A DNA stretch of 64,000 bases from the NCBI GenBank assembly GCA_015066805.1, contig SVNP01000003.1, positions 57,860 to 121,859 on the forward strand. Reading direction: 5' to 3'. The notes below the pieces were generated by a model. It did no database searches. It had not been told where the DNA came from and saw only the letters and a list, made by a program, of their open reading frames with translations. The DNA comes from Ruminococcus sp. GTDB lineage: Bacteria; Bacillota; Clostridia; Oscillospirales; Ruminococcaceae. Shown piece by piece: positions 36,009 through 44,735 of the stretch; the first letter of the stretch is position 1, and every line of letters starts with the position of its first letter. The position numbers and the translations under genes are program-made.

Positions 36009-36835
36009 AACACAAACAAACTTTGGCAGCTATGCTGCTGACCGCCGCTTTGACCACCGGTACCGCTGTATGGCAGGTATCCGCCGCAGATGCGGTGCAG
36101 GTAACAGTCACCATTGCAGATGCCGCAGGCAGCCTTGCACTGGCGGCAGAAACCGTTTCTGTCACCGATACCGACGGCGACGGTGCCCTGACCATCCACG
36201 ATGCCCTGTATCTGGCCCATGAGCAGTATTACACGGAAGGTGCCGCAGGCTACGGCTCCGCACAGACGGATTACGGTCTGAGCCTGACAAAGCTCTGGGG
36301 TGCGGAGGGCGGCAGCGGCTTTGGCTACTACCGCAACGATGCCTCTGCCATGAGCCTTGCAGATCCCGTTGCCGACGGTGACCGCATCAGCGCATTTGTG
36401 TATACCGATACCGTAAACTGGTCGGATACCTACTGCTTTTTTGATGTGCAGACCGCTGAGGTCTCCGCAGGAGATTCCCTGACACTGACCCTTTCCGCAG
36501 CAGGCTATGATGCAAACTGGAATCCTGTGACGCTGCCCGTTGCCAATGCCGTGCTGACGGTAAACGGTACCGAGACAGCCTTTGTCACCGATGAGAAGGG
36601 CGAGGTGACCCTTTCTTTTGCAGAGGCAGGGGAGCAGATCATCAGTGCCGTATCCCATGATCGGATTCTGGTGCCCCCCTGCTGCAAGGTAACGGTACAG
36701 GGCGATGCTGTAACCGTAACCACTGCCGCCCCTCCCACGGAGACAGGTGACAGCCTGCCTGCTGCATGGGCCTCTTTGAGTGCCGCCGCAGCCGTACTTG
36801 CCCTACTTCACATCACAAGGAGAAAAACAAAATGA
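36005..36835 (+). CDS. Secreted, C-terminally membrane-anchored DUF4430-domain protein (putative surface corrinoid-binding protein)
   Basis: It has a signal peptide and a DUF4430-like block ending GFGYYRNDASAMSLADPVADGDRISAFVY. A second beta-rich domain follows, then a C-terminal hydrophobic helix plus RRKTK. Confidence 0.7.
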   Translation: MKHKQTLAAMLLTAALTTGTAVWQVSAADAVQVTVTIADAAGSLALAAETVSVTDTDGDGALTIHDALYLAHEQYYTEGAAGYGSAQTDYGLSLTKLWGAEGGSGFGYYRNDASAMSLADPVADGDRISAFVYTDTVNWSDTYCFFDVQTAEVSAGDSLTLTLSAAGYDANWNPVTLPVANAVLTVNGTETAFVTDEKGEVTLSFAEAGEQIISAVSHDRILVPPCCKVTVQGDAVTVTTAAPPTETGDSLPAAWASLSAAAAVLALLHITRRKTK

Positions 36836-38541
36836 AACACGCTTTCCGCGCTGTTGCTGCGCTGATTCTTTGCTGGGTCACCGTTTTTTGTCTGCCGCAG
36901 CAGGTATATGCCGCTGATGTGACCCAAACCGCAGAGGAGATCCTGCTGGCAAGGGTACAGGCAGATAACGGGGATTCGGTGCAGCAATGGATTGAAGAAA
37001 CCCTGTGCGCCGCAGCAGGCAGCGGCAGTGCCGATTGGTACATCATGGCACTTTCTCACAGCACGGAAGCCTATGACCTGACGGCCTACGGCAACGCTCT
37101 GGAGAAGGTGCTGCATCAGAGCGGCAGCAGCGGCGTATCCCGCCAGAGAAATGCACTGGCATATCTGGCGGTTTTTCCGCAGTCGGTCAACGCATTCCGT
37201 TCTCTTGCGGATGAAACACTGGGGCAGCAGGGCATCATGAGCCTTGTATACGGTCTGCATCTGCAAAATAACGGTGTGCCCGCATCGGTTTCTGCGGAGG
37301 ATACGGTCAGCAGGCTGCTTTCCATGCAGCTTGCCGATGGCGGCTGGGCGATATCGGGCAGCCAAAGTGATGTGGATGTAACAGCCATGACCTTACAGGC
37401 TCTGGCGGTACATAAAGAGGAGCCTGCCGTTGCTGCTGCCATTGAAAAAGCACTGGAGCATCTTTCGGCGGTACAACTGGAGGACGGCGGATATCAGAGC
37501 TATGGTACCGCCAACCCCGAAAGTGCCGCACAGGTGTGGATGGCACTTTCTCTGCTGGGGATAGACGGACTCACCGATGCAAGATTCATCAAATACTGCA
37601 CCCTGTATGATGCTGTTATGGCTTTTTCCTGCGGGGAGGGGCTGTTTTCCCACACAGCGGAGGGTTCTGCCAATGCCATGGCCACGGTACAGGTGTATCT
37701 TGCTCTGACTGCCTATGACAGGCTGCTGAAGGGACAGGACAGCTTCTATCATTTTGCGGATGCCATTCCTCTGCCGGAGGAATCCACCGTTTCTCAGATC
37801 ACCACAGTGACCACTACCACAACAACCACAACTGTCTCATCCCAATCGGCTGCCGCTTCTGCGGTGCAGACCGGCTCTGCAACTGCTGCGGAAACCGAAG
37901 AAACCACCACATCTGCCATTGTGACCACCGCAAAGCCCCGTGTGCCCTTTGTCTGGCAGCCTGATGCCTATCTGCTGAAGTGGGTGCTGACTGCTGCTGT
38001 GCTGGTGGGTGCTGCCATTGGCGTTCTGGTGCTGATGAAGCGCGGCAGAAGGCATATTCTTTGTTATATTGCAGTAGCATTGGTGGCTGCTTTGCTGATT
38101 GCTGCCGTTCATTGCCTCCGCATTGAATCCCCCGATGACTATTATCAGGGCAGCGGTTCCGTAACGGATGCGGCAGGTGAGGTAACGGTTTCCATTTCCT
38201 GTGAGCTGCTGCCGGAGGAGCATCACCATACCGCACTGCCCGAAGACGGACAGATCCTTGGGGAAACCAAGGCTGCCTTTGCACAGGGCGATACGGTTTT
38301 GCAGGTTCTGCGGCAGCTTTGCAGGGAGCATCATATTCAGCATGAGATTGACGGTACCGATGCCCTTGCTTATGTAAAAGGCATTGCCGATCTGTACGAG
38401 TTTGATTACGGAGAGCTTTCGGGCTGGGTCTATCTGGTCAACGGAGAAAGACCCTCGGTGGGCTGCGGACAGTATACCCTTTCCGACGGAGATGTGATCC
38501 GCTGGGTATACACGCTGGAACAGGGCAACGATATTCCCTGA
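36832..38541 (+). CDS. Membrane-tethered protein with N-terminal alpha/alpha-toroid (prenyltransferase-like) repeats and C-terminal DUF4430 domain (transcobalamin-like architecture)
   Basis: It has a signal peptide and the repeat motifs ADGGWA and EDGGYQ, then a Thr-run linker. Two TM helices flank KRGRRH. The C-terminus reads GWVYLVNGERPSVGCGQYTLSDGDVIRWVY. Confidence 0.7.
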   Translation: MKHAFRAVAALILCWVTVFCLPQQVYAADVTQTAEEILLARVQADNGDSVQQWIEETLCAAAGSGSADWYIMALSHSTEAYDLTAYGNALEKVLHQSGSSGVSRQRNALAYLAVFPQSVNAFRSLADETLGQQGIMSLVYGLHLQNNGVPASVSAEDTVSRLLSMQLADGGWAISGSQSDVDVTAMTLQALAVHKEEPAVAAAIEKALEHLSAVQLEDGGYQSYGTANPESAAQVWMALSLLGIDGLTDARFIKYCTLYDAVMAFSCGEGLFSHTAEGSANAMATVQVYLALTAYDRLLKGQDSFYHFADAIPLPEESTVSQITTVTTTTTTTTVSSQSAAASAVQTGSATAAETEETTTSAIVTTAKPRVPFVWQPDAYLLKWVLTAAVLVGAAIGVLVLMKRGRRHILCYIAVALVAALLIAAVHCLRIESPDDYYQGSGSVTDAAGEVTVSISCELLPEEHHHTALPEDGQILGETKAAFAQGDTVLQVLRQLCREHHIQHEIDGTDALAYVKGIADLYEFDYGELSGWVYLVNGERPSVGCGQYTLSDGDVIRWVYTLEQGNDIP

Positions 38542-38581
38542 CGTATCATAACAAACCAAAGATCGGGAAAGGAGACAGGCC

Positions 38582-39457
38582 ATGAACAGTCTGCAAAGGC
38601 TGCACCCCGTCACCCTTGGGGTACATCTGCTTTCGGTGATTGCAGTTGCCATGTTTGTGCGGCAGCCTGTGATCCTTTGCATTGCACTGGCAGGGGGCGC
38701 AGCGTATCTTGCCATACCGGAGCCCCACGCCTGCGGTCTTTCCACGGGAAGACTGCTGGGCTGGGGGATTTTGCTGTGTGTCGGTTCGGGGCTGCTGAAC
38801 CCCCTGTGGAATCAGCGGGGGGATACGGTGCTGTTTTTCCTCAACGGCCGTGCCGTTACTGCGGAGGCTCTTTGCTACGGCTTTGTGGCAGGGCTGATGC
38901 TGGCTGCGGTGTTCTGGTGGTTCGGTATTTTCACCCGCCGCATGACTGCCGACCGTATTTTCTGTCTGCTGGGCAGCTTTGCCCCAAGGCTTGGCCTGAT
39001 TTTCACCATGGGGCTGCGGCAGACCGCACGGCTGACACAGATCATGGGGCAGATCCGCACGGCACGGCGGGCGGCAGGTCTGGCAAGAGAGGAAAACCTC
39101 ATTGACCGCACACGGGAGAATCTGCACGTTTTTTCCGCCACCCTTTCATGGGCCATCGAAAACGGCATCATTACCGCAGACAGCATGGAAGCACGGGGCT
39201 ATGGGCAGGGCAGACGCACACAGCTCACCGATTATGGATTCCGCCTGACAGATGGCCTGCATACGGCTGCCGTGCTGCTGCTTACGGCACTCATTGCCGC
39301 CGCATGGCTTGGGGGATGCCTTTCGGTGCAGTTTTATCCCCATTGGCAGATGCCTGCCCCCCATGCACTGACTACGACTGCTTATACAGCCTATGGGCTG
39401 TTATGCTTTTATCCTGCTGCCGCCGAAGTACGGGAGGTGCTGCAATGGCGATGCTGA
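38582..39457 (+). CDS. ecfT: ECF transporter transmembrane (T) component, CbiQ/EcfT family
   Basis: It is a polytopic protein sitting before the duplicated ATPase. It has an Arg-rich coupling-helix region (RQTARLTQIMGQIRTARRAAG). Confidence 0.75.
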   Translation: MNSLQRLHPVTLGVHLLSVIAVAMFVRQPVILCIALAGGAAYLAIPEPHACGLSTGRLLGWGILLCVGSGLLNPLWNQRGDTVLFFLNGRAVTAEALCYGFVAGLMLAAVFWWFGIFTRRMTADRIFCLLGSFAPRLGLIFTMGLRQTARLTQIMGQIRTARRAAGLAREENLIDRTRENLHVFSATLSWAIENGIITADSMEARGYGQGRRTQLTDYGFRLTDGLHTAAVLLLTALIAAAWLGGCLSVQFYPHWQMPAPHALTTTAYTAYGLLCFYPAAAEVREVLQWRC

Positions 39458-41079
39458 CTGTCAGAGAGCTTACCTTTACCTATCCGCAGATGGATACACC
39501 TGCGCTGGAAAACATCTCCTTTACACTGGAGGAAGGGGAGTTCCTTACCATATGCGGCCCCACGGGCTGCGGAAAATCTACCCTGCTGCGCCTGCTGAAG
39601 CCGCAGCTTGCTCCAAGGGGAACACAGACGGGTACTCTTTTGCTGGATGGTGTGCCCCTGCGGGAGGCGGCATCCCCGGGGGTGGTGGGGTTTGTTTCCC
39701 AGCATCCCGAGGAACAGCTTGTAACGGACCGTGTATGGCATGAGCTTGCCTTCGGGCCGGAAAATCTTGGGGTACCGCCGCAGGAAATACGGATCCGTGT
39801 AGCGGAAATGGCATCGTATTTCGGCATTACAGATTGGTATGACAGAGATACGGCAAGTCTTTCCGGCGGACAAAAGCAGCTACTGCATCTGGCATCGGTG
39901 ATGGTGATGCAGCCCAGATTGCTGATTCTGGATGAGCCTACATCACAGCTTGACCCCATTGCGGCAGGGGAGTTTATGGCTACGCTCAAGCGGCTCAACC
40001 GTGATTTTTCCCTGACTGTGATCCTGACGGAGCATCGGGCAGAGGAGGCGGTGCCGGCTGCCCATAAGCTGATGCTGCTGAAGGAGGGAAGGCTTTCTGC
40101 CATAGGTGCGCCCCGCAAGGTTCTGGGGCAAATGTCCCCCGCAGAGCCAATGGCTTCTGCCATGCCCGCTGCCGTCAGGCTGTATCATCTGCTGCCTGCC
40201 GCTGCCCCCGAGGTACCACTGACCGTTGCTGAGGGCAGGCAATATCTGCGGGAGCATTTTCATGTGCAGGATGCCCCTGCCCCGCAGCTTCAGAGCTTTC
40301 CGCAGACAGCACTGGCGTTGGAGAAGGTCAGCTTCCGCTATGACAGACAGGGTGAGGAGATTCTGCGCCGCTGCAGCCTGACTGTGGGCTGCGGCGAATG
40401 GGTCTGCCTGCTGGGAGATAATGGTGCGGGAAAATCCACCCTTTTGCAGGCTGCCGCAGGGCTGCTGCGGATCCGTGAAGGCAAGATCACGGTTATGGGC
40501 AAGCCCCTTTCCGCATATCACGGGGGAGAGCTGTATCATCACTGCCTTGCCATGCTGCCCCAGAATGTACAGACCCTGTTTGCAAGAAACACAGTCAGAG
40601 AAGAACTGGAGGAAACTGCTGCATCTCTTGGGGAGCTGCCCTTTGATCTTTCCCCCTTTCTGGAACGGCATCCCTATGATCTCAGCGGCGGTCAGCAGCA
40701 GATGGCGGCACTGGCAAAGGTGCTGGGGCAGCATCCGAAGCTGCTGCTGCTGGATGAGCCTACAAAGGGGCTGGATGCTGCCGCCAAGCAGACACTGGGC
40801 GAGATCCTGCGGCGGCTGTGTGCCAAGGGCATCGGCCTGCTGATGGTGACCCATGATGTGGAGTTTGCCGCTGCTCATGCACACCGCTGCGGCTTGCTGT
40901 TCCGGGGAGAGGTTATGGGCATGGGGCATCCCGATGCTTTTTTTGCAGGCAATTACTTTTACACCACTCCCACACGGCGTATGTGCAGAGGTCTTTGCAA
41001 TTACGGCATTACTCCCCATGAACTGGCAGCCTGCTGTACCCCAAAAACAGATCCTTCGCAAAGGGGGGCAGAGATATGA
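39445..41079 (+). CDS. ecfA: ECF transporter ATPase, fused EcfA-EcfA' (two nucleotide-binding domains)
   Basis: There are two Walker A sites (GPTGCGKST, GDNGAGKST) and two signatures (LSGGQKQ, LSGGQQQ). The start MAMLTVREL at 39445 overlaps the ecfT stop. Confidence 0.85.
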   Translation: MAMLTVRELTFTYPQMDTPALENISFTLEEGEFLTICGPTGCGKSTLLRLLKPQLAPRGTQTGTLLLDGVPLREAASPGVVGFVSQHPEEQLVTDRVWHELAFGPENLGVPPQEIRIRVAEMASYFGITDWYDRDTASLSGGQKQLLHLASVMVMQPRLLILDEPTSQLDPIAAGEFMATLKRLNRDFSLTVILTEHRAEEAVPAAHKLMLLKEGRLSAIGAPRKVLGQMSPAEPMASAMPAAVRLYHLLPAAAPEVPLTVAEGRQYLREHFHVQDAPAPQLQSFPQTALALEKVSFRYDRQGEEILRRCSLTVGCGEWVCLLGDNGAGKSTLLQAAAGLLRIREGKITVMGKPLSAYHGGELYHHCLAMLPQNVQTLFARNTVREELEETAASLGELPFDLSPFLERHPYDLSGGQQQMAALAKVLGQHPKLLLLDEPTKGLDAAAKQTLGEILRRLCAKGIGLLMVTHDVEFAAAHAHRCGLLFRGEVMGMGHPDAFFAGNYFYTTPTRRMCRGLCNYGITPHELAACCTPKTDPSQRGAEI

Positions 41080-41747
41080 GTGCCCTTCTGCGGCGGAGCT
41101 TGTGCCTTCTGCTGCCCCTGTGCCTGATTCCTCTGGGTGTGTGGGCATCGGTGAAGCTGCCTGCGAAATACACCGCCCTGATGATCCTGCTGACGGCGGC
41201 ACTGGTGCTGCTGCTGTTTGTCTGCGGCACGGAACACAAGAAAATCGGCACCCGAAGACTGGTGCTCTCGGTGATTTTTATGGCACTGGCGGTGCTTGGC
41301 AGAATGCTGCCCATGGTCAAGCCCGTAACGGCGATCATCATACTGGGGGCATTGTATCTGGGCAGAGAGTCGGGGTTTCTCATCGGTGCAGGTGCCGCTG
41401 TGCTTTCCAATATGATGTTCGGACAGGGACCGTGGACGGTATTCCAGATGCTGGCATGGGGCATGATCGGCTGGCTGGCAGGGGTGCTGCATCACCCATT
41501 AGGCAAAAGCAGAACGCTTTTGCTGCTGTACGGCTGTATGGCAGGTGTGGGATATTCGCTGCTGATGGATATCTGGACTGTGGTGTGGCATTCGGAGGGC
41601 TTTTCGCTGCCTCTTTATGCGGCGGCAGTGGGAGCCTCTCTGCCGTATATGCTGCTGTATGCCGCAAGCAATGTGCTGTTTCTGGCAGTAATGGCAAAGC
41701 CCGTGGGGCATAAGCTGCAGCGCATTGCTCTGAAATACGGCTTGTAA
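41076..41747 (+). CDS. ECF transporter substrate-capture (S) component, specificity unassigned (corrinoid suspected from context)
   Basis: The protein is 223 aa with six hydrophobic helices. An ATGA-type overlap joins it to ecfA. Confidence 0.65.
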   Translation: MSALLRRSLCLLLPLCLIPLGVWASVKLPAKYTALMILLTAALVLLLFVCGTEHKKIGTRRLVLSVIFMALAVLGRMLPMVKPVTAIIILGALYLGRESGFLIGAGAAVLSNMMFGQGPWTVFQMLAWGMIGWLAGVLHHPLGKSRTLLLLYGCMAGVGYSLLMDIWTVVWHSEGFSLPLYAAAVGASLPYMLLYAASNVLFLAVMAKPVGHKLQRIALKYGL

Positions 41748-41778
41748 AATACAGGTGCCGATTTTTCAAAAAAAACGC

Positions 41779-41807
41779 TTGCTATCGTGTCGGAAATATG
41801 CTATAAT
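41779..41807 (+). promoter_or_regulatory. Sigma-A-type promoter for the VanY-like gene
   Basis: TTGCTA-17 nt-TATAAT. Confidence 0.55.
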
Positions 41808-41879
41808 TATAGAATCGGGGCGAATGACCCCGAATGGGAATGTTGCTTTTTTCGATAATTCACGGATGGAGGTTTTTTT

Positions 41880-42845
41880 ATGGCTCGCCGTCGTATTTTA
41901 TGGGGCCGTGTGTTTGCATCGGCCTGTGTACTGATCGCTTTGATTTTTCTGCTGGGTGCCTGTGTCAGCTCCTGCTTTGGCGGAGATGACCCAAACAGCT
42001 CTGCGCCGGGGCCCATTGTGGTTTCCCGTACAGACAGCTCTGTGGCTGACCCCTACCATTCTTCTGCGGATTCTTCCGGCAATACCAAGCCGGATTCCCC
42101 TACACTGGGCAGCTACACCGAGGTCAGCGTGGCTCCCGCCCAGATTTATTCCGGCGATCTGGTGCTGGTCAACAGCACCTATGCGTCGCATCTTTCCGAG
42201 GATGAGCTTTCTCTGGAAAAGGTAGCCTACTTTGCAGGCAAGCCCGATTGCTATTCGGTCTCCTACCCTGCAAGAACGCTGCTGAACACCACCGCTCTGA
42301 CACGCTTTAACGCCATGATGGAGATGTATTTCTCCGCAACCGCCAACAAGGAGATCATGGTAAATGACGGCTATCTGCCCAAGGGTTCTTCCAACAGCAC
42401 GGGAGAATCTACCAGCGGTCTGAGCATCCAGCTCCACCTGAACAAGAGCAGCGGCGGCTTTGGCTATATCACCAACAAGGAGCCCTACTCCTGGGTGTAC
42501 AACAACATGGATGATTACGGTTTTATTCTCCGTTACCCCGCAGGTAAGGAGGATCTGACCGGTACTGCCGCCACCGATACGGTCATCCGCTATGTGGGCG
42601 TGCCCCATGCGGCTTACATGAACGATTTCGGCCTTTGCCTGGAGGAGTACCACACCATGCTGAAGGAGCAGTACGCCTACGGTACCGGTATGCTGCGCTA
42701 TGAGACAGGAGGCAAATCCTACCTGATCTACTATGTGCCTGCCAACCTCACCGGCAGCACCGAGGTACCTGTGCCCATTACCGGCGACTATACCATCAGC
42801 GGCAATAACTTTGATGGCTTTATCGTTACCGTTACCGAAGGCTGA
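41880..42845 (+). CDS. VanY/M15B D-Ala-D-Ala carboxypeptidase-like lipoprotein with substituted metal ligands (probable pseudoenzyme)
   Basis: It has a lipobox-like LLGAC and the VanY blocks LVLVNSTY and YGFILRYPAGKEDLTG. SEHQTGLAxD is replaced by GESTSGLSIQ, and EPWHxRYVG by TDTVIRYVG. Confidence 0.7.
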   Translation: MARRRILWGRVFASACVLIALIFLLGACVSSCFGGDDPNSSAPGPIVVSRTDSSVADPYHSSADSSGNTKPDSPTLGSYTEVSVAPAQIYSGDLVLVNSTYASHLSEDELSLEKVAYFAGKPDCYSVSYPARTLLNTTALTRFNAMMEMYFSATANKEIMVNDGYLPKGSSNSTGESTSGLSIQLHLNKSSGGFGYITNKEPYSWVYNNMDDYGFILRYPAGKEDLTGTAATDTVIRYVGVPHAAYMNDFGLCLEEYHTMLKEQYAYGTGMLRYETGGKSYLIYYVPANLTGSTEVPVPITGDYTISGNNFDGFIVTVTEG

Positions 42846-42854
42846 GGCTTTGAT

Positions 42855-43421
42855 ATGGCAATCCGGCATCACGCAGGGGAGGAAGCACAGGAGGGCGGCT
42901 TCAAGGGCTTGTTTGGCCTGTTTGGCAGGAACAAACGGCAGGCACAGGCAGTTACCCTGCTGCCACGGCTCATCTGCTGCATGGAACAGGGCTTGTATGT
43001 GAATCTGCCCGTGGAAATGGAATGCTTGCGGAATACCCCAAGGGAATGTATTTTCCGCCACAAGAAAAACGGGCTGCGGCTTTGTATTTCCATGATGCAA
43101 AGCGAGCTGCCCATTCACAAGCTGACTGCCGAGGAGCTGTGGCACGCACTTGCCCGCAGACTGATCCCATCCTTCCGGCAGGAGGAAGACGCATTGCAGA
43201 TGCGGGAGTACATACGGGGCTTTGTGAAGCATTCTCCCACCCTGCAGATCGGCTTTACGCTGAAAAAAGGGCGGCAGACGGAAGATCACGCACTGTACCT
43301 GCTGCAATGGAACCACAAGCTGTATGCAACGGCCTTTTCGGGGATCACCAAAGAAAACAGCGGTATGATCTCACCCATCTGCGCCAGCATCTCCCTGAAG
43401 CATCATCATGAGCAGACATAA
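42855..43421 (+). CDS. Hypothetical protein
   Basis: The 188-aa ORF lies 10 nt after the previous gene and is followed by a terminator. No motif was recognised. Confidence 0.45.
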   Translation: MAIRHHAGEEAQEGGFKGLFGLFGRNKRQAQAVTLLPRLICCMEQGLYVNLPVEMECLRNTPRECIFRHKKNGLRLCISMMQSELPIHKLTAEELWHALARRLIPSFRQEEDALQMREYIRGFVKHSPTLQIGFTLKKGRQTEDHALYLLQWNHKLYATAFSGITKENSGMISPICASISLKHHHEQT

Positions 43422-43453
43422 GGCGGACAGGCTTTGTCCGCCTTTGCTTTTTG
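43420..43453 (+). terminator. Intrinsic terminator after the 42855-43421 gene
   Basis: Stem AAGGCGGACA/TGTCCGCCTT, then TGCTTTTT. Confidence 0.7.
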
Positions 43454-43524
43454 CAGCAGGCAGGGAACTTCAGCCCTATTTCAGCTTTGGGGAGTATGAT
43501 TGCTGTACAGGGCTTCTCCCCCCC

Positions 43525-43553
43525 TTGCTTTTTTCCATGGGATATGCTATAAT
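43525..43553 (+). promoter_or_regulatory. Sigma-A-type promoter for the GT2-GtrA operon
   Basis: TTGCTT-17 nt-TATAAT. Confidence 0.55.
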
Positions 43554-43630
43554 GATAATAAGTCATGCTGTACCATTTCGGTTTTGGATGCAGCATGCTT
43601 TGATGTTCAAAATACAGAGGAGTCTGCGCT

Positions 43631-44707
43631 ATGACGTATCATAATCAGGATGTGACTGTGATCATTCCATCCCTTGACCCCGATGACCGCCTGCTGACCG
43701 TTGTGGAAAATGTCCGCAAGCGGGGCTTTACCGATATCGTGCTGGTAAACGATGGCTCTGCCACCGAGAACCTGCACTATTTTGAAGAAGCTGCCGACCG
43801 CTTCGGCTGTGCGGTGCTGCATCACCCCGAAAACTTAGGCAAGGGCAGAGCCTTAAAGACCGCCTTCCAATGGTATCTGGAAAACCGACGGTCTTCCCTG
43901 GGCTGTGTGACCATTGACGGCGATGACCAGCATCACCCCGATGATATTGAAGCCTGTGTCAACCGGATGCGGGAGGATACCGACAACAGCATGATCCTTG
44001 GTGTGCGTGATTTTGATGCGGAAAATGTACCGCCCAAAAGCCGTTTCGGCAACCGCTGCACCTCTTTTGTGTTCCGTACCTTCTGCGGCCTTAAGGTCTC
44101 CGATACCCAGACCGGTCTGCGGGTGTTCCCCAATGCCATCATTCCGCTGATGTGTGAGATCGACGGCGAACGCTTTGAGTACGAAACCAATATGCTGCTG
44201 GTCTGCAAGAACAAAAAGATCCCTCTCGTTGAACAGAAGATCCGCACCATTTACATTGATGACAATTCCTCTACCCATTTTCGTCCCATTCGGGATTCTC
44301 TGCGGGTGTACGGTGTGATCATCCGTTTTTTCTGCAGCTCCATTCTGTCCTTCCTCATTGATAACGGCATTTTTAACCTGATGTATGCCCTGCTGAAAAA
44401 ACAGATCGGTGCAGATCCTGCTGTAACCGCCGCAACTGTCATCGCCCGTGTCATCAGCTCGCTGTTTAACTATACCATGAACCGCAAGGCGGTGTTCAAA
44501 AGCGATGCCCCCATCCGCTCCACCGTGTTCCGCTACTACATTCTCTGCGCCGTGCAGATGATGGTTTCTGCGGGGCTGGTGATGCTGCTTTCCAAATTGC
44601 TGGGCAGCGGCAGCTTCCTTGTGGCACTGATCAAGATCATAGTGGATACCCTGCTGTACTTTGTCAGCTTCCGTATCCAGCAGAACTGGGTGTTCCGCAA
44701 GCAATAA
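43631..44707 (+). CDS. Family-2 glycosyltransferase fused to a C-terminal GtrA-like membrane domain
   Basis: GT2 blocks VIIPSLDPDD, VLVNDGS and IDGDDQH are present. The C-terminus has four hydrophobic helices. Confidence 0.8.
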   Translation: MTYHNQDVTVIIPSLDPDDRLLTVVENVRKRGFTDIVLVNDGSATENLHYFEEAADRFGCAVLHHPENLGKGRALKTAFQWYLENRRSSLGCVTIDGDDQHHPDDIEACVNRMREDTDNSMILGVRDFDAENVPPKSRFGNRCTSFVFRTFCGLKVSDTQTGLRVFPNAIIPLMCEIDGERFEYETNMLLVCKNKKIPLVEQKIRTIYIDDNSSTHFRPIRDSLRVYGVIIRFFCSSILSFLIDNGIFNLMYALLKKQIGADPAVTAATVIARVISSLFNYTMNRKAVFKSDAPIRSTVFRYYILCAVQMMVSAGLVMLLSKLLGSGSFLVALIKIIVDTLLYFVSFRIQQNWVFRKQ

Positions 44708-44735
44708 ATTCCCGTTAAGTGGAAAGGAAGATCAT

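Noticed and set aside
36700-36835. Sortase LPXTG sorting signal at the C-terminus of the DUF4430 surface protein
   Set aside because: A hydrophobic helix plus a basic tail is present, but the preceding sequence (PPTETGD) is not a canonical LPXTG motif. I call it only a C-terminal membrane anchor.
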